Of a stretch of DNA of 64,000 nucleotides, positions 13,121 through 22,411 are shown piece by piece; position 1 is the stretch's first letter, and each line of letters begins with the position of its first letter. Source of the stretch: Tagaea sp. (GTDB taxonomy: Bacteria; Pseudomonadota; Alphaproteobacteria; CACIAM-22H2). The position numbers and the translations under genes were made by a program. The notes under the pieces were generated by a model. It made no database searches. It was not told where the DNA came from and saw only the letters and a program-made list of their open reading frames with translations. The stretch covers positions 1,440,001 to 1,504,000 of the forward strand of contig CBDIIB010000005.1 of assembly GCA_965279525.1 (NCBI GenBank). Direction: 5' to 3'.

Positions 13121-14485
13121 TCAACTGGCACCAACTAAAGTTGCGGGAAGGTAATTCGCAACGAGCAACAGGATAGTTAAGGAAACAGCGAGTATAGATA
13201 GCCCAACCGCAGACTCAGTTGCAGCGCTCTTGAGCCTGGATGTTCGCAAAATCCGCTGTCCAGTGTCAGATCGAACAGCTGCCGCAACCTCTTCTAACCA
13301 ACCGCTGAGATTCCCAATCGGTGGCGCAATGAGGTTGGATTTTTGAAATTTGGCGACTGCATCGCCATAAATATTCATTCTATTTAGTGCATGCTGTGCA
13401 TTAAATGCGCGTTTGCGGATCCGCGGAGCGATTTCGCGGCGTATCAAACTGGCATCAACTTTATACTTAAGCGCGAGCATCGCTATACTTGGTGGTATGA
13501 CGGATGAATCTAAGTCGACGTCAAGGAGCCACGATACCGCCTCTTCAGGCTTTTCGTTGAGTAGCGCTGAGAGGAACCGTAGTATTTCATCGGTAAGTAT
13601 AACTTCATCCGAATCGACTGCGGACAATTCAATATCCCGGTAGTAGCGTGCCGACGGGATCTCAGATCCCACCTGAAACCTTTTCGACATTTCTGCACTA
13701 TCAATTAGTCCGCGCAGAGCAGACCAAAATAGATCAGAAACACCTAACTTTATTTGCCTTGGCTCTTCTGATCTAGCAGTGTTGATGCCTTGGAGCGCTA
13801 TTGCAATTCCTGCAATGAACGAAATCACCCCAGCAATAAACGTTAAGAACTTTGCCGGAAGCAGCACCGCTTCGGAAAGACCGATACGAGATGCAACAAG
13901 TGTGAATAGTGTTTTTTCGGTAGCAGCAACATCTGGGTAGGCAACCAAAGGCCAAGATATCCCCTCAATTCGTGCCGTAATCGATATCGTTCTTACGTCG
14001 ATTCTTCCAGCAGCCAGAATTAAAAATGAAATCGAGTCATTCGAGTTTAGAAGGTTATGGGCAACTTCGATGCTCTTCTCATCATACTTCAATGAAGCGT
14101 CTAACCTTGGAGGATTGGTGCCAACTAGCTCCGCTTTAACAATGCGACCAGTCGAAAATTCTAACTTAACTGGCGCCTCGATTTCATTTTTACGGATTGA
14201 TGATTTTCCGGTGTTTCTTAGGACAATATTGATTTGCGTCGGATCTTGGACGGGCTGCCCCAGATATCGAATCTCGATGTCAGCAGGCCGCGAAATCGCC
14301 GATGCCAAAAGGGACTGAGCTTGACTGATCTCGATAGTGATTTGCCGATTGGCGCTAAACTGATCTGCGACGTAGATATAAGCAGAGAAAATTAAAGTTA
14401 AAATTCCAGCCCATGCACCTAACTTCTCAATCGACCGCTTGTCTATCGAGCTCCTGCCGGGTGCTGTTCCATTTTCGTCGGCCAT
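13121..14485 (-). CDS. Orphan multi-pass membrane protein in a low-GC islet
   Basis: 454-codon ORF filling a visibly AT-rich segment. Hydrophobic segments near residues 22-40, 200-232 and the C-terminus. Confidence 0.75.
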   Translation of the reverse strand: MADENGTAPGRSSIDKRSIEKLGAWAGILTLIFSAYIYVADQFSANRQITIEISQAQSLLASAISRPADIEIRYLGQPVQDPTQINIVLRNTGKSSIRKNEIEAPVKLEFSTGRIVKAELVGTNPPRLDASLKYDEKSIEVAHNLLNSNDSISFLILAAGRIDVRTISITARIEGISWPLVAYPDVAATEKTLFTLVASRIGLSEAVLLPAKFLTFIAGVISFIAGIAIALQGINTARSEEPRQIKLGVSDLFWSALRGLIDSAEMSKRFQVGSEIPSARYYRDIELSAVDSDEVILTDEILRFLSALLNEKPEEAVSWLLDVDLDSSVIPPSIAMLALKYKVDASLIRREIAPRIRKRAFNAQHALNRMNIYGDAVAKFQKSNLIAPPIGNLSGWLEEVAAAVRSDTGQRILRTSRLKSAATESAVGLSILAVSLTILLLVANYLPATLVGAS

Positions 14486-14600
14486 CGATCACCGAGAAAT
14501 TCTTATAGTTGTAACGTTATACTACAAAGTATTGAATGAAAATAGATATCGCCATTTCAAACCAAACCCGAAGAAATTATTTGATCGCAAAATTATCGAC

Positions 14601-15473
14601 CTAGCGCGTTGGGACGGGCTTGGGCCCCGAATAGTCGTAGAAGCCGCGCTTGGTCTTGCGGCCGAGCCACCCGGCCTCGACATACTTCACCAGCAGCGGG
14701 CAGGGGCGGTACTTCGAATCCGAAAGCCCGTCGTACAGCACATGCATGACGGCAAGGCAGGTATCCAGACCAATGAAGTCGGCAAGTTCGAGCGGGCCCA
14801 TCGGATGGTTGGTGCCTAGCTTCATCGCCGTGTCGATCGATTCGACCGAACCCACGCCTTCGTACAGCGTGTAGACGGCCTCGTTGATCATCGGCAGCAG
14901 GATGCGGTTGACGATGAAGGCCGGGAAATCCTCGGCCGTGGCCGACGTCTTGCCGAGCTTGGCGGTCAGTTCCTTGACCTGCTCGTAGGTCTCGTTCGAC
15001 GTGGCGATGCCGCGGATCAGCTCGACCAGCTGCATGATTGGCACGGGGTTCATGAAGTGCATGCCCATGAACTGCGCGGGCCGGTCGGTGGAAGCACCCA
15101 GGCGCGTGATCGAGATCGAAGATGTATTGGAAGCTAGCAGCGCACTCTTCTTCAGGTGCGGGCAGAGCTTCTTGAAGATCTCGCGCTTGACCGCTTCGTT
15201 CTCGGTCGCCGCCTCGATGACGAGGTCGGCATCGGAGAAGAGCGAGAAGTCGGTGCCTGTGGCGATATGCGCGAGCGCCGCGTCCTTCGCGGCCTGGGTC
15301 ATGGCCCCCTTCTTGATCTGGCGGTCCATGTTGCCGCCGATCGTCGCCAGCGCCTTGGGCAGCGCTTCGGGGTTGGCGTCGGCCAGCCGCACGTCGAAGC
15401 CGTTCATGGCGCAGACATGGGCGATGCCGTTGCCCATCTGGCCCGCGCCGATCACACCGATCTTCTGGATCAT
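14601..15473 (-). CDS. hbd: 3-hydroxybutyryl-CoA dehydrogenase
   Basis: GAGQMG, IEAATE, SNTSS, HFMNP and GWLGRKT. Confidence 0.95.
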   Translation of the reverse strand: MIQKIGVIGAGQMGNGIAHVCAMNGFDVRLADANPEALPKALATIGGNMDRQIKKGAMTQAAKDAALAHIATGTDFSLFSDADLVIEAATENEAVKREIFKKLCPHLKKSALLASNTSSISITRLGASTDRPAQFMGMHFMNPVPIMQLVELIRGIATSNETYEQVKELTAKLGKTSATAEDFPAFIVNRILLPMINEAVYTLYEGVGSVESIDTAMKLGTNHPMGPLELADFIGLDTCLAVMHVLYDGLSDSKYRPCPLLVKYVEAGWLGRKTKRGFYDYSGPKPVPTR

Positions 15474-15495
15474 CTTGTTCCCCTGAAAAGTCGAA

Positions 15496-16437
15496 CTATT
15501 TGCGCGCCGGCAAGGCGGCCGTCAGCTCGGGCACGAGCTTGAAGAGATCGCCCACCACGCCGTAGTCGGCGATCTGGAAGATGGGCGCTTCCTCGTCCTT
15601 GTTGACCGCGACGATGACCTTCGAGCCCGACATGCCGGCCAGATGCTGGATGGCGCCCGAAATGCCGATCGCCACGTAAAGATCCGGTGCAACTACCTTG
15701 CCGGTCTGGCCGACCTGGTAGTCGTTGGGCGCGAAGCCGGCATCCACGGCCGCGCGGCTGGCACCCACGGCGGCCCCCAGCTTGTCGGCGAGCGGCTCGA
15801 GATACGTCTTGAAGTTCTCGCCCGACGCCATGCCGCGTCCGCCCGAGACGACGATCTTGGCAGCCGTCAGTTCCGGGCGTTCGGACTTCGACAGTTCCTG
15901 CTTCACGAACTTCGTGAGGCCGCTTTCGGCGGCGCCCGCAGCCGCCTCGACCGGGGCCGAACCGCCGAGGGATGCGGCCGGGAACGCGGTCACGCGCACC
16001 GTGATGATCTTGATCGTGTCCTTGGACTGGACGGTCGCGAGTGCGTTGCCGGCATAGATCGGGCGCACGAAGGTGTCCGAACTCTCGACCGCGATGATGT
16101 CGGAGACCTGCATCACGTCGAGCAGGGCGGCCACGCGCGGCATCAGGTTCTTGCCCTGCGTCGTCGCGGCCATCAGCAGGTGCGTGCGGCCGGCGGCGAG
16201 CTTGACCAGCAGCGGCGCCATGTTTTCGGGCAGCGAATTGGCGAGCGACGCGTCGTCGGCATGCAGCACCTTGCCGATGCCGGCGATCTTCGCGGCTTGC
16301 TCGGCTACGGCGGAAGCACCGGAACCGGCGACGAGCACGTCGACCGGCACGCCGAGTTTCAGGGCCGCGGAAACCGCGTTGAGCGTGGAGGGGCGCAGGG
16401 CCGAACCGTCATGCTCGGCGATCACGAGAGCGGACAT
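15496..16437 (-). CDS. etfA: Electron transfer flavoprotein alpha subunit
   Basis: [17 protein letters not shown] and [29 protein letters not shown]. Confidence 0.97.
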   Translation of the reverse strand: MSALVIAEHDGSALRPSTLNAVSAALKLGVPVDVLVAGSGASAVAEQAAKIAGIGKVLHADDASLANSLPENMAPLLVKLAAGRTHLLMAATTQGKNLMPRVAALLDVMQVSDIIAVESSDTFVRPIYAGNALATVQSKDTIKIITVRVTAFPAASLGGSAPVEAAAGAAESGLTKFVKQELSKSERPELTAAKIVVSGGRGMASGENFKTYLEPLADKLGAAVGASRAAVDAGFAPNDYQVGQTGKVVAPDLYVAIGISGAIQHLAGMSGSKVIVAVNKDEEAPIFQIADYGVVGDLFKLVPELTAALPARK

Positions 16438-16438
16438 G

Positions 16439-17188
16439 TCAGATCACCTTCGCTTCGGTCTGCAGCTTCGTCACCAGCGTTGCGATGTCTGGCAGCTTGA
16501 CGCCGCCGGCGCGCTTGGGCGGTTCCTCGACCTTGAGCGTGACGAGGCGGGGGGCGACGTCGACGCCGAGCGCATCGGGCGTCACCGTCTCGATCGGTTT
16601 CTTCTTCGCCTTCATGATGTTGGGAAGGCTCGCGTAGCGCGGCTCGTTGAGGCGCAGGTCGGTCGTGACGACCGCCGGCAGCTTCGTGGAAATCGTCTCG
16701 AGGCCGCCGTCGACCTCGCGCACCACTTCCATTGTGTCGCCGGCGGGCGAGATCTTCGACGCGAACGTGCCCTGCGGCCAGCCCAGCAACGCGGCCAGCA
16801 TCTGGCCCGTCTGGTTGCAGTCGTCGTCGATCGCCTGCTTGCCGAGGATGACGAGCCCGGGCTGCTCCTTGTCGACCAGCGCCTTCAGGCACTTGGCCAC
16901 CGCGAGCGGTTGGAGTTCGCCGTCGCTCTGCACGAGGATGCCGCGGTCGGCCCCCATAGCGAGGGCGGTGCGCAGCGTCTCCTGGCACTGGGCAACACCC
17001 AGCGAGACCGCGACCACTTCGGTCGCAATGCCCTTTTCCTTCAGGCGGACGGCTTCCTCGATCCCGATCTCGTCGAACGGGTTCATCGACATCTTGACGT
17101 TGGCGAGCTCGACGCCCGACTTGTCGGCCTTCACGCGGATCTTGACGTTGTAGTCGACAACCCGCTTGACCGCGACCAGCACTTTCAT
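16439..17188 (-). CDS. etfB: Electron transfer flavoprotein beta subunit
   Basis: [26 protein letters not shown] and [18 protein letters not shown]. Confidence 0.97.
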   Translation of the reverse strand: MKVLVAVKRVVDYNVKIRVKADKSGVELANVKMSMNPFDEIGIEEAVRLKEKGIATEVVAVSLGVAQCQETLRTALAMGADRGILVQSDGELQPLAVAKCLKALVDKEQPGLVILGKQAIDDDCNQTGQMLAALLGWPQGTFASKISPAGDTMEVVREVDGGLETISTKLPAVVTTDLRLNEPRYASLPNIMKAKKKPIETVTPDALGVDVAPRLVTLKVEEPPKRAGGVKLPDIATLVTKLQTEAKVI

Positions 17189-17272
17189 CTCGGAAATCCG
17201 CACCTTTCGAATGACGGCAGAAGGTGCCGGACAATAGGTGCTGGGCCGCTTTGCGTCAACGTGCCGGGCGGC

Positions 17273-17839
17273 TCAGGTGCGGTTCTTGCCGGGCACCCAC
17301 AGCACGTCGCCCGCCCCGTCGCCGTTGGCATGGCGCGAGAGCACAAACAGATGGTCCGACAGGCGGTTGATGTAGCGGATCGCGGCGGGGTTGACTGTCT
17401 CGGTCGTGGCCAGGCGCACGATCTCGCGCTCGGCACGCCGCGCCACGGTGCGCGCCAGATGCAGGTGGGTGGCGACGGCAGAGCCGCCGGGCAGGATGAA
17501 GGAGTCGAGCGGGGCGAGCTTCGCGTTCATCGCGTCGATCTCGCGCTCGAGACGCTCGACTTGCGCCTCGCTGACGCGCAGCGGCGGATATTTGGGATCG
17601 GCCACCTCGGGCGTGCACAGGTCCGCCCCAAGGTCGAACAGGTCGTTCTGGATCGCAGCCAGCATCGCATCGATGCCGCCTTGCGCATGCAGGCGCGCGA
17701 TGCCGATGCAGGCGTTGGCTTCGTCGACCGTGCCGTAGGCCGCCACGCGCGCGTCGAACTTCGGCACGCGCGTGCCGTCGCCAAGCGACGTCTGACCGGT
17801 GTCGCCGCCCTTGGTGTAGATGCGCGTGAGCTTAACCAT
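17273..17839 (-). CDS. ATP:cob(I)alamin adenosyltransferase (PduO type)
   Basis: IYTKGGDTG, AYGTVDEAN, ARTVARRAER and YINRLSD. Confidence 0.95.
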   Translation of the reverse strand: MVKLTRIYTKGGDTGQTSLGDGTRVPKFDARVAAYGTVDEANACIGIARLHAQGGIDAMLAAIQNDLFDLGADLCTPEVADPKYPPLRVSEAQVERLEREIDAMNAKLAPLDSFILPGGSAVATHLHLARTVARRAEREIVRLATTETVNPAAIRYINRLSDHLFVLSRHANGDGAGDVLWVPGKNRT

Positions 17840-18044
17840 GGGTGTTGCGCAGCCAGGCGTAGAGGGCGAGCAGCGCCAGCGCCAATGCCTGCAGCCCCAC
17901 GCGCCAGCGCATCATGCGGTTGCCGTGGCGGCGGTTGAAATCGCCGCCCTGCGCCACGCCGCCAAGGCCGGTGAACAGCGAGGCGACCACGCCAAGCACG
18001 ACGAGGCCGATCACGTAGGGCAGGACCTTGAGGACGATCTCCAT
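17832..18044 (-). CDS. HIG1-domain twin-transmembrane small protein
   Basis: Two TM helices around GNRMMRWRVGLQ, in its usual position upstream of the PduO-type gene. TTG at 18050 is an alternative start. Confidence 0.85.
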   Translation of the reverse strand: MEIVLKVLPYVIGLVVLGVVASLFTGLGGVAQGGDFNRRHGNRMMRWRVGLQALALALLALYAWLRNTHG

Positions 18045-18077
18045 CGCCAATTACCTAGTGCGCGCCGGGCGCCGCGT

Positions 18078-18347
18078 CTAGCGCCGCTTGAAGCGGAAGT
18101 CGCCGCGCGCGTCCTCGAGCTCGCCCAGCAGGGCAAGCAGGGCCTTGAATTTGGGGCCGATCGCGGCACCGGCCTTTGCCGCACCCCGCCAGACGATCTC
18201 GAACGGGCCGGGCACGTCGCGCAGCAGCACGTCCCACAGTGCATCGAGATTGGACGAGAAATAAGCAGGGAACGCGAGGTCGGCAGCGAGCTTCGCGTAG
18301 ACCTTCTCCATGCTGTCGTGGGTCTCGTCGAGCCGGGCGCGCTTCAT
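18078..18347 (-). CDS. Barstar family RNase inhibitor
   Basis: FPAYFSSNLDALWDVL matches the barstar YYGENLDALWDCL motif. ATGA-coupled to the RNase gene. Confidence 0.92.
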   Translation of the reverse strand: MKRARLDETHDSMEKVYAKLAADLAFPAYFSSNLDALWDVLLRDVPGPFEIVWRGAAKAGAAIGPKFKALLALLGELEDARGDFRFKRR

Positions 18348-18781
18348 CGCGGAACCTCGCGGAATGTGGCGTAGTGATCGACCGTGACATAGACAAGCCG
18401 GTCGCTGGAGAAGACGAGACGCCTGGCATTGCGCCGCCCGCAGTCGAAATCGAGATCAGCCTCGGTCCAGCGCCGGCCGGGCGCTGCCGGCAGGCGACCT
18501 TCGCGGTTGGAGAAGCGGTCGCCGCCGATGGCGCGGCCGTCCGCGACGCGGCACAGATCGTCGCCCGGCCGCCAGCCCAGCTTCGCGGCCGCGTTCTTGT
18601 CGATGTAGCGGGTGGCCGGAAGGCGGCCGGTCTCGCGCACGCTGCGAACCGTCTCGACGAAGCCGTCCACGTCGGAAAGCCGCATCTCGCGCGCGAAACG
18701 CCGCCAGTCGGCCTCGCCGGCCGATGCCGGCAGCGCCAACGCGACAAGTGCGGCGACGAGGACGGCGAGAAAGCGGCGCAT
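18344..18781 (-). CDS. Secreted barnase-like guanyl-specific ribonuclease
   Basis: Signal peptide ending in ASA. IGGDRFSNREGRLP...WTEAD...RRNARRLVFSSD...DHY aligns with the barnase C-terminal half. Confidence 0.92.
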   Translation of the reverse strand: MRRFLAVLVAALVALALPASAGEADWRRFAREMRLSDVDGFVETVRSVRETGRLPATRYIDKNAAAKLGWRPGDDLCRVADGRAIGGDRFSNREGRLPAAPGRRWTEADLDFDCGRRNARRLVFSSDRLVYVTVDHYATFREVPR

Positions 18782-18782
18782 C

Positions 18783-20414
18783 TCAGTTCCGCTTCTCCAA
18801 GAGGCCGCGCACGATCACCTGCGCCTGGATCTCGGCCGCCCCTTCGAAGATGTTGAGGATGCGCGCGTCGGCGAGCAGGCGCGAGGCGGCGTATTCCTCG
18901 GCATAGCCGTTGCCGCCGTGGATCTGCACGCAGTCGTCGGCGGCGGTCCAGGCCGCGCGCGCGGCGACGAGCTTGGCCATCCCGGCTTCCACGTCGCAGC
19001 GCTTGCCTTCGTCCTTGGCGCGCGCGGCGGCCCGGGTCAGCACGCGCGCGATCGTCGTCTCGACCGCCATCATCGCGATCTTGGCATGCACGCGCGGGAA
19101 GGCGACGATGGCCTTGCCGAACTGCTTGCGCTGGCGCGCGTAAGATAACGCTTCGAGCGTGGCGGCTTCCGCCACGCCCACGGCGCGCGCGGCCGTCTGG
19201 ATGCGCGCGGATTCGAACGTCGCCATCAGCTGGCGGAAGCCTTCGCCCTCGGTCCCGCCGAGCAGGCCGTCTGCCGGTACGGCGAATCCGTCGAAGGCAA
19301 GCTCGTATTCCTTCATGCCGCGATAGCCGAGCGTGCGGATCTCGCTGCCCGTCAGGCCCGCGACGGGGAAGGGATCGGTATCGGTGCCACGGGGCTTGGG
19401 TGCCAGGAACATCGAAAGCCCGCGATGGTCCTTCGATGCCGGATCAGTGCGTGCCAGCACGGTCATCAGGTCGGCGCGTGCGGCATGCGTGATCCAGGTC
19501 TTGGCACCCGTGATGCGCCACACGGCCCCGTCGCGCACCGCGCGCGTGCGAATCGAGCCGAGATCGGAACCGGTATCCGGCTCGGTGAACACGGCCGTGG
19601 GCAGGCACGAGCCGTCGGCGATCTTCGGCAGCCAGTGCGCGCGCTGCGAATCCGTGCCGCCCAGCCGCACCAGTTCGCTGGCGATCTCCGAGCGCGTGGC
19701 AAGCGAACCGGTGGCGAGGTGGGCGCGCGACAGCTCCTCGCTCGTCGTGCACATCGCGATCTTGCCCAGCCCCGATCCGCCGTACTCTTCGGGCACGCAC
19801 AGGCCGAACACGCCCAGCTCCGCCAATCCTTCGACGACCGACAGCGGGATGATCGCGTCGTCGCGGTGCCAGGCTTGGGCAAACGGATCGATCTTCGCCG
19901 CGGCGAAGCGCCGCAGCTGGCTGCGCATCTCGGCCAGTGTTTCGTCCGCTTCGTCGGCATCCGGTGCGATCGAACCGTCGAGAAGGGCGACAAGTGCCGC
20001 GCGCGCCGCGGCAAGATCGTCGCCGGCCAGGAACGAGGCGACCGCCGGGTCGGCGGCAAGTGCAGCCGCCTCGGCGGCGAGGCCCATTTCGGCGGGGCGC
20101 AGCGTCTCGTTCTGCGCCAGCGGCAGGCCGAAGGCGAGGCGGGCGAGATATTCGCCGAATCCCAGCCGAAGGATCGCAGGCACGCGCGCGTCGCTGCGGC
20201 CCTGGCCGGCAAGCGTGTCGGCCCACCGCGCCAGGCCGTCGAGGGCGGCCACGCTCGCGGCAAGCCACGCGAAGCCGTGTGCCGCACTCTGGTGGGTTTC
20301 CAGTATTGCCGGATCGACCCGGCCGTCGCGCACGAGCAGGTGCACGAACCGCGCGCGGGCGGCGGATTCGTAGCGGCGGGCGGCGGCAAGCGCCTCTTCG
20401 GTGCGGCGATCCAT
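18783..20414 (-). CDS. Acyl-CoA dehydrogenase, (2S)-methylsuccinyl-CoA dehydrogenase-like
   Basis: ~150-aa N-terminal extension (HQSAAHGFAW), LPTAVFTEPDTGSDL, LGYRGMKEY and LNIFEGAAEIQA, all typical of Mcd-type ACADs. Confidence 0.85.
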   Translation of the reverse strand: MDRRTEEALAAARRYESAARARFVHLLVRDGRVDPAILETHQSAAHGFAWLAASVAALDGLARWADTLAGQGRSDARVPAILRLGFGEYLARLAFGLPLAQNETLRPAEMGLAAEAAALAADPAVASFLAGDDLAAARAALVALLDGSIAPDADEADETLAEMRSQLRRFAAAKIDPFAQAWHRDDAIIPLSVVEGLAELGVFGLCVPEEYGGSGLGKIAMCTTSEELSRAHLATGSLATRSEIASELVRLGGTDSQRAHWLPKIADGSCLPTAVFTEPDTGSDLGSIRTRAVRDGAVWRITGAKTWITHAARADLMTVLARTDPASKDHRGLSMFLAPKPRGTDTDPFPVAGLTGSEIRTLGYRGMKEYELAFDGFAVPADGLLGGTEGEGFRQLMATFESARIQTAARAVGVAEAATLEALSYARQRKQFGKAIVAFPRVHAKIAMMAVETTIARVLTRAAARAKDEGKRCDVEAGMAKLVAARAAWTAADDCVQIHGGNGYAEEYAASRLLADARILNIFEGAAEIQAQVIVRGLLEKRN

Positions 20415-20463
20415 GCGCGCATGCTATAGAGCGTTTTCGCGTTCCACCACAAGCGGACCCGCC

Positions 20464-21309
20464 ATGTCGTTTCTCGACCGAATCGCCGAGTGCAATGCCC
20501 ACGATCCCGCCGCCTACCGCCCGCTGACCTGTGCGGGTCACGCGATCGGCGCTGTCCGGCATCGGCTGGCCGAGCGACTGCGCGACTTCCCGAACGTCTT
20601 CGCGGTCTCGCAAAGTGCCGTCCATCTGTCGGATGCGTTCAAGGATGCCGACCAGCGCAGCCAGGCGGTCGAGCGCGTGGTGCGCGTGCTGGAAGCCGAC
20701 GGCATCGTGCGCGGCCGGCGCGACGAGGCCTATCCGGTGCTGGTCAATTGGGGCGAGGCGCCGCTGCTGCGAATCGAGCGCGCGGCGGCCCCGCATTTCG
20801 GGATCCGTTCGTATGGCGTGCACATGACGGGATATGTGCGCACGCAAGACGGCCCGCTGATCTGGGTGGCGCGGCGTGCCAGGAACAAGCCCACATATCC
20901 CGGCATGCTCGACAACACGGTCGCCGGGGGGCAGCCCGTCGGTCTCGGGCTCCACGACAACATGGTCAAGGAGTGTTGGGAGGAAGCCGGCATCCCCGAG
21001 GAACTCGCGCGCAAGGCGGTGTGCACGGGTGCCATCACCTACCGGATGGATGCCGAGGACGGCCTGAAGCCCGATGTGCAGTTCTGCTTCGATCTGGAAC
21101 TGCCCGCCGATTTCGTGCCGCGCAACACCGACGGCGAGATCGACGAGTTCTTCGCGTGGCCGTGGCGCAAGGCCGCCGAGGTCGTTTCCGAGACGCGCGA
21201 ATTCAAGTTCAACTGCAATCTCGTGCTGATCGATTTCTTCGTGCGCCACGGGCTGGTCGATCCGGGTCGTGCCGACTATCTCGACATTGTCGCCGGTCTG
21301 CGTCGCTGA
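20464..21309 (+). CDS. NUDIX hydrolase with N-terminal DUF4743-type domain
   Basis: ERAAAPHFG, GVHMTGY and LDNTVAGG...KECWEEAGI (Nudix box). Confidence 0.88.
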   Translation: MSFLDRIAECNAHDPAAYRPLTCAGHAIGAVRHRLAERLRDFPNVFAVSQSAVHLSDAFKDADQRSQAVERVVRVLEADGIVRGRRDEAYPVLVNWGEAPLLRIERAAAPHFGIRSYGVHMTGYVRTQDGPLIWVARRARNKPTYPGMLDNTVAGGQPVGLGLHDNMVKECWEEAGIPEELARKAVCTGAITYRMDAEDGLKPDVQFCFDLELPADFVPRNTDGEIDEFFAWPWRKAAEVVSETREFKFNCNLVLIDFFVRHGLVDPGRADYLDIVAGLRR

Positions 21310-21337
21310 TAGCTTTCCGGCAATCCTGGAGGAACGC

Positions 21338-22168
21338 ATGCCCGTCGCCGACATGAGCCTGACCGAGGCGGAGATCGCCGCGTTCCATCGCGACGGCTAC
21401 GTGCTGCGCCGCGCGCTGTTCGCGCCCGAAGAGATCGCGATGCTCTCCGACGCGATCGTCAACGATCCGGCGATCGCGAAGAACACCTATGTGCGGCCCG
21501 ACAGCAAGGGGGCATCGACCGAGCTCGCGTTGTGGAACCATCCCGGCGACGACGTGTTCGGCGCCGTCGCGCGCTCGGCGCGAATCGTCGATTCGATGGA
21601 GAAGCTTCTCGGCGGCGAGGTCTATCACTGGCATTCGAAGCTGACGATGAAGCGTCCGAAAGTCGGCGGTGCGTGGGATTGGCACCAGGATTACGGCTAC
21701 TGGTACAAGAACAACTGCCTGTTCCCGCTGATGGCGAGCGTGTTCATCTCGGTCGATCCGTCGACACGCGAGAACGGCTGCCTCGAGGTGCTGAAGGGTT
21801 CGCACCATCTGGGGCGGCTCGAGCATGGCGTCGTCGGCGGGCAGGTGGGTGCCGACATGGAGCGCGTCGAGGCGGCGCTGAAGGTGCTCGAGCACGTTTA
21901 CGTCGAGCAGGCGCCGGGCGACGCGCTGTTCTTCCATTCCAACACGCTGCACACGTCGGGGCAGAACAGGTCGGACAAGTCGCGCAACGTTCTGCTGTGC
22001 TGCTACAACGCGGCGCGCAACAGCCCGTTCCGCGAGACCTCGCACCCGTCGTATCGCAAACTCCACAAGCTGCCCGACGGCGCCGTCCTCGCGTCGGCCG
22101 CGCGCACGACGGTCGGGCAGGATTTCTACCGGCCGGCCCCGCGCGTGCCGGCACCGGCCAAGGGCTGA
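21338..22168 (+). CDS. Phytanoyl-CoA dioxygenase family (2OG-Fe(II)) protein
   Basis: GGAGG RBS. WHQDYGYW, NGCL, GSH and FHSNTLHTS...R. Confidence 0.9.
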   Translation: MPVADMSLTEAEIAAFHRDGYVLRRALFAPEEIAMLSDAIVNDPAIAKNTYVRPDSKGASTELALWNHPGDDVFGAVARSARIVDSMEKLLGGEVYHWHSKLTMKRPKVGGAWDWHQDYGYWYKNNCLFPLMASVFISVDPSTRENGCLEVLKGSHHLGRLEHGVVGGQVGADMERVEAALKVLEHVYVEQAPGDALFFHSNTLHTSGQNRSDKSRNVLLCCYNAARNSPFRETSHPSYRKLHKLPDGAVLASAARTTVGQDFYRPAPRVPAPAKG

Positions 22169-22350
22169 GACGATAGCCGCGCAAGCGGGATCGGGACGCG
22201 GGCTTCCTGCGATGCCGCCGGGTCGGGCGCAGGCGGCCCGTGGATCAGCCATGCGAGTCCGTCGACGAGCACACGCAGCGTGACCGCCAGAGTTCCGATG
22301 CCGAACGGCAGGGCGAAATAGATCGCGATGGCGACAAGGAAATTGGACAT
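22126..22350 (-). CDS. Small hypothetical membrane protein
   Basis: GAAAGG RBS-like site, hydrophobic N-terminus and AT-rich upstream region. The 3' end overlaps the convergent dioxygenase gene by 43 nt. Confidence 0.5.
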   Translation of the reverse strand: MSNFLVAIAIYFALPFGIGTLAVTLRVLVDGLAWLIHGPPAPDPAASQEARVPIPLARLSSQPLAGAGTRGAGR

Positions 22351-22411
22351 TGGCGAGCCTTTCGGCAGGCAGAATAGTAAAATTTACAATTAATTTTAAT
22401 CAAACTCAATT

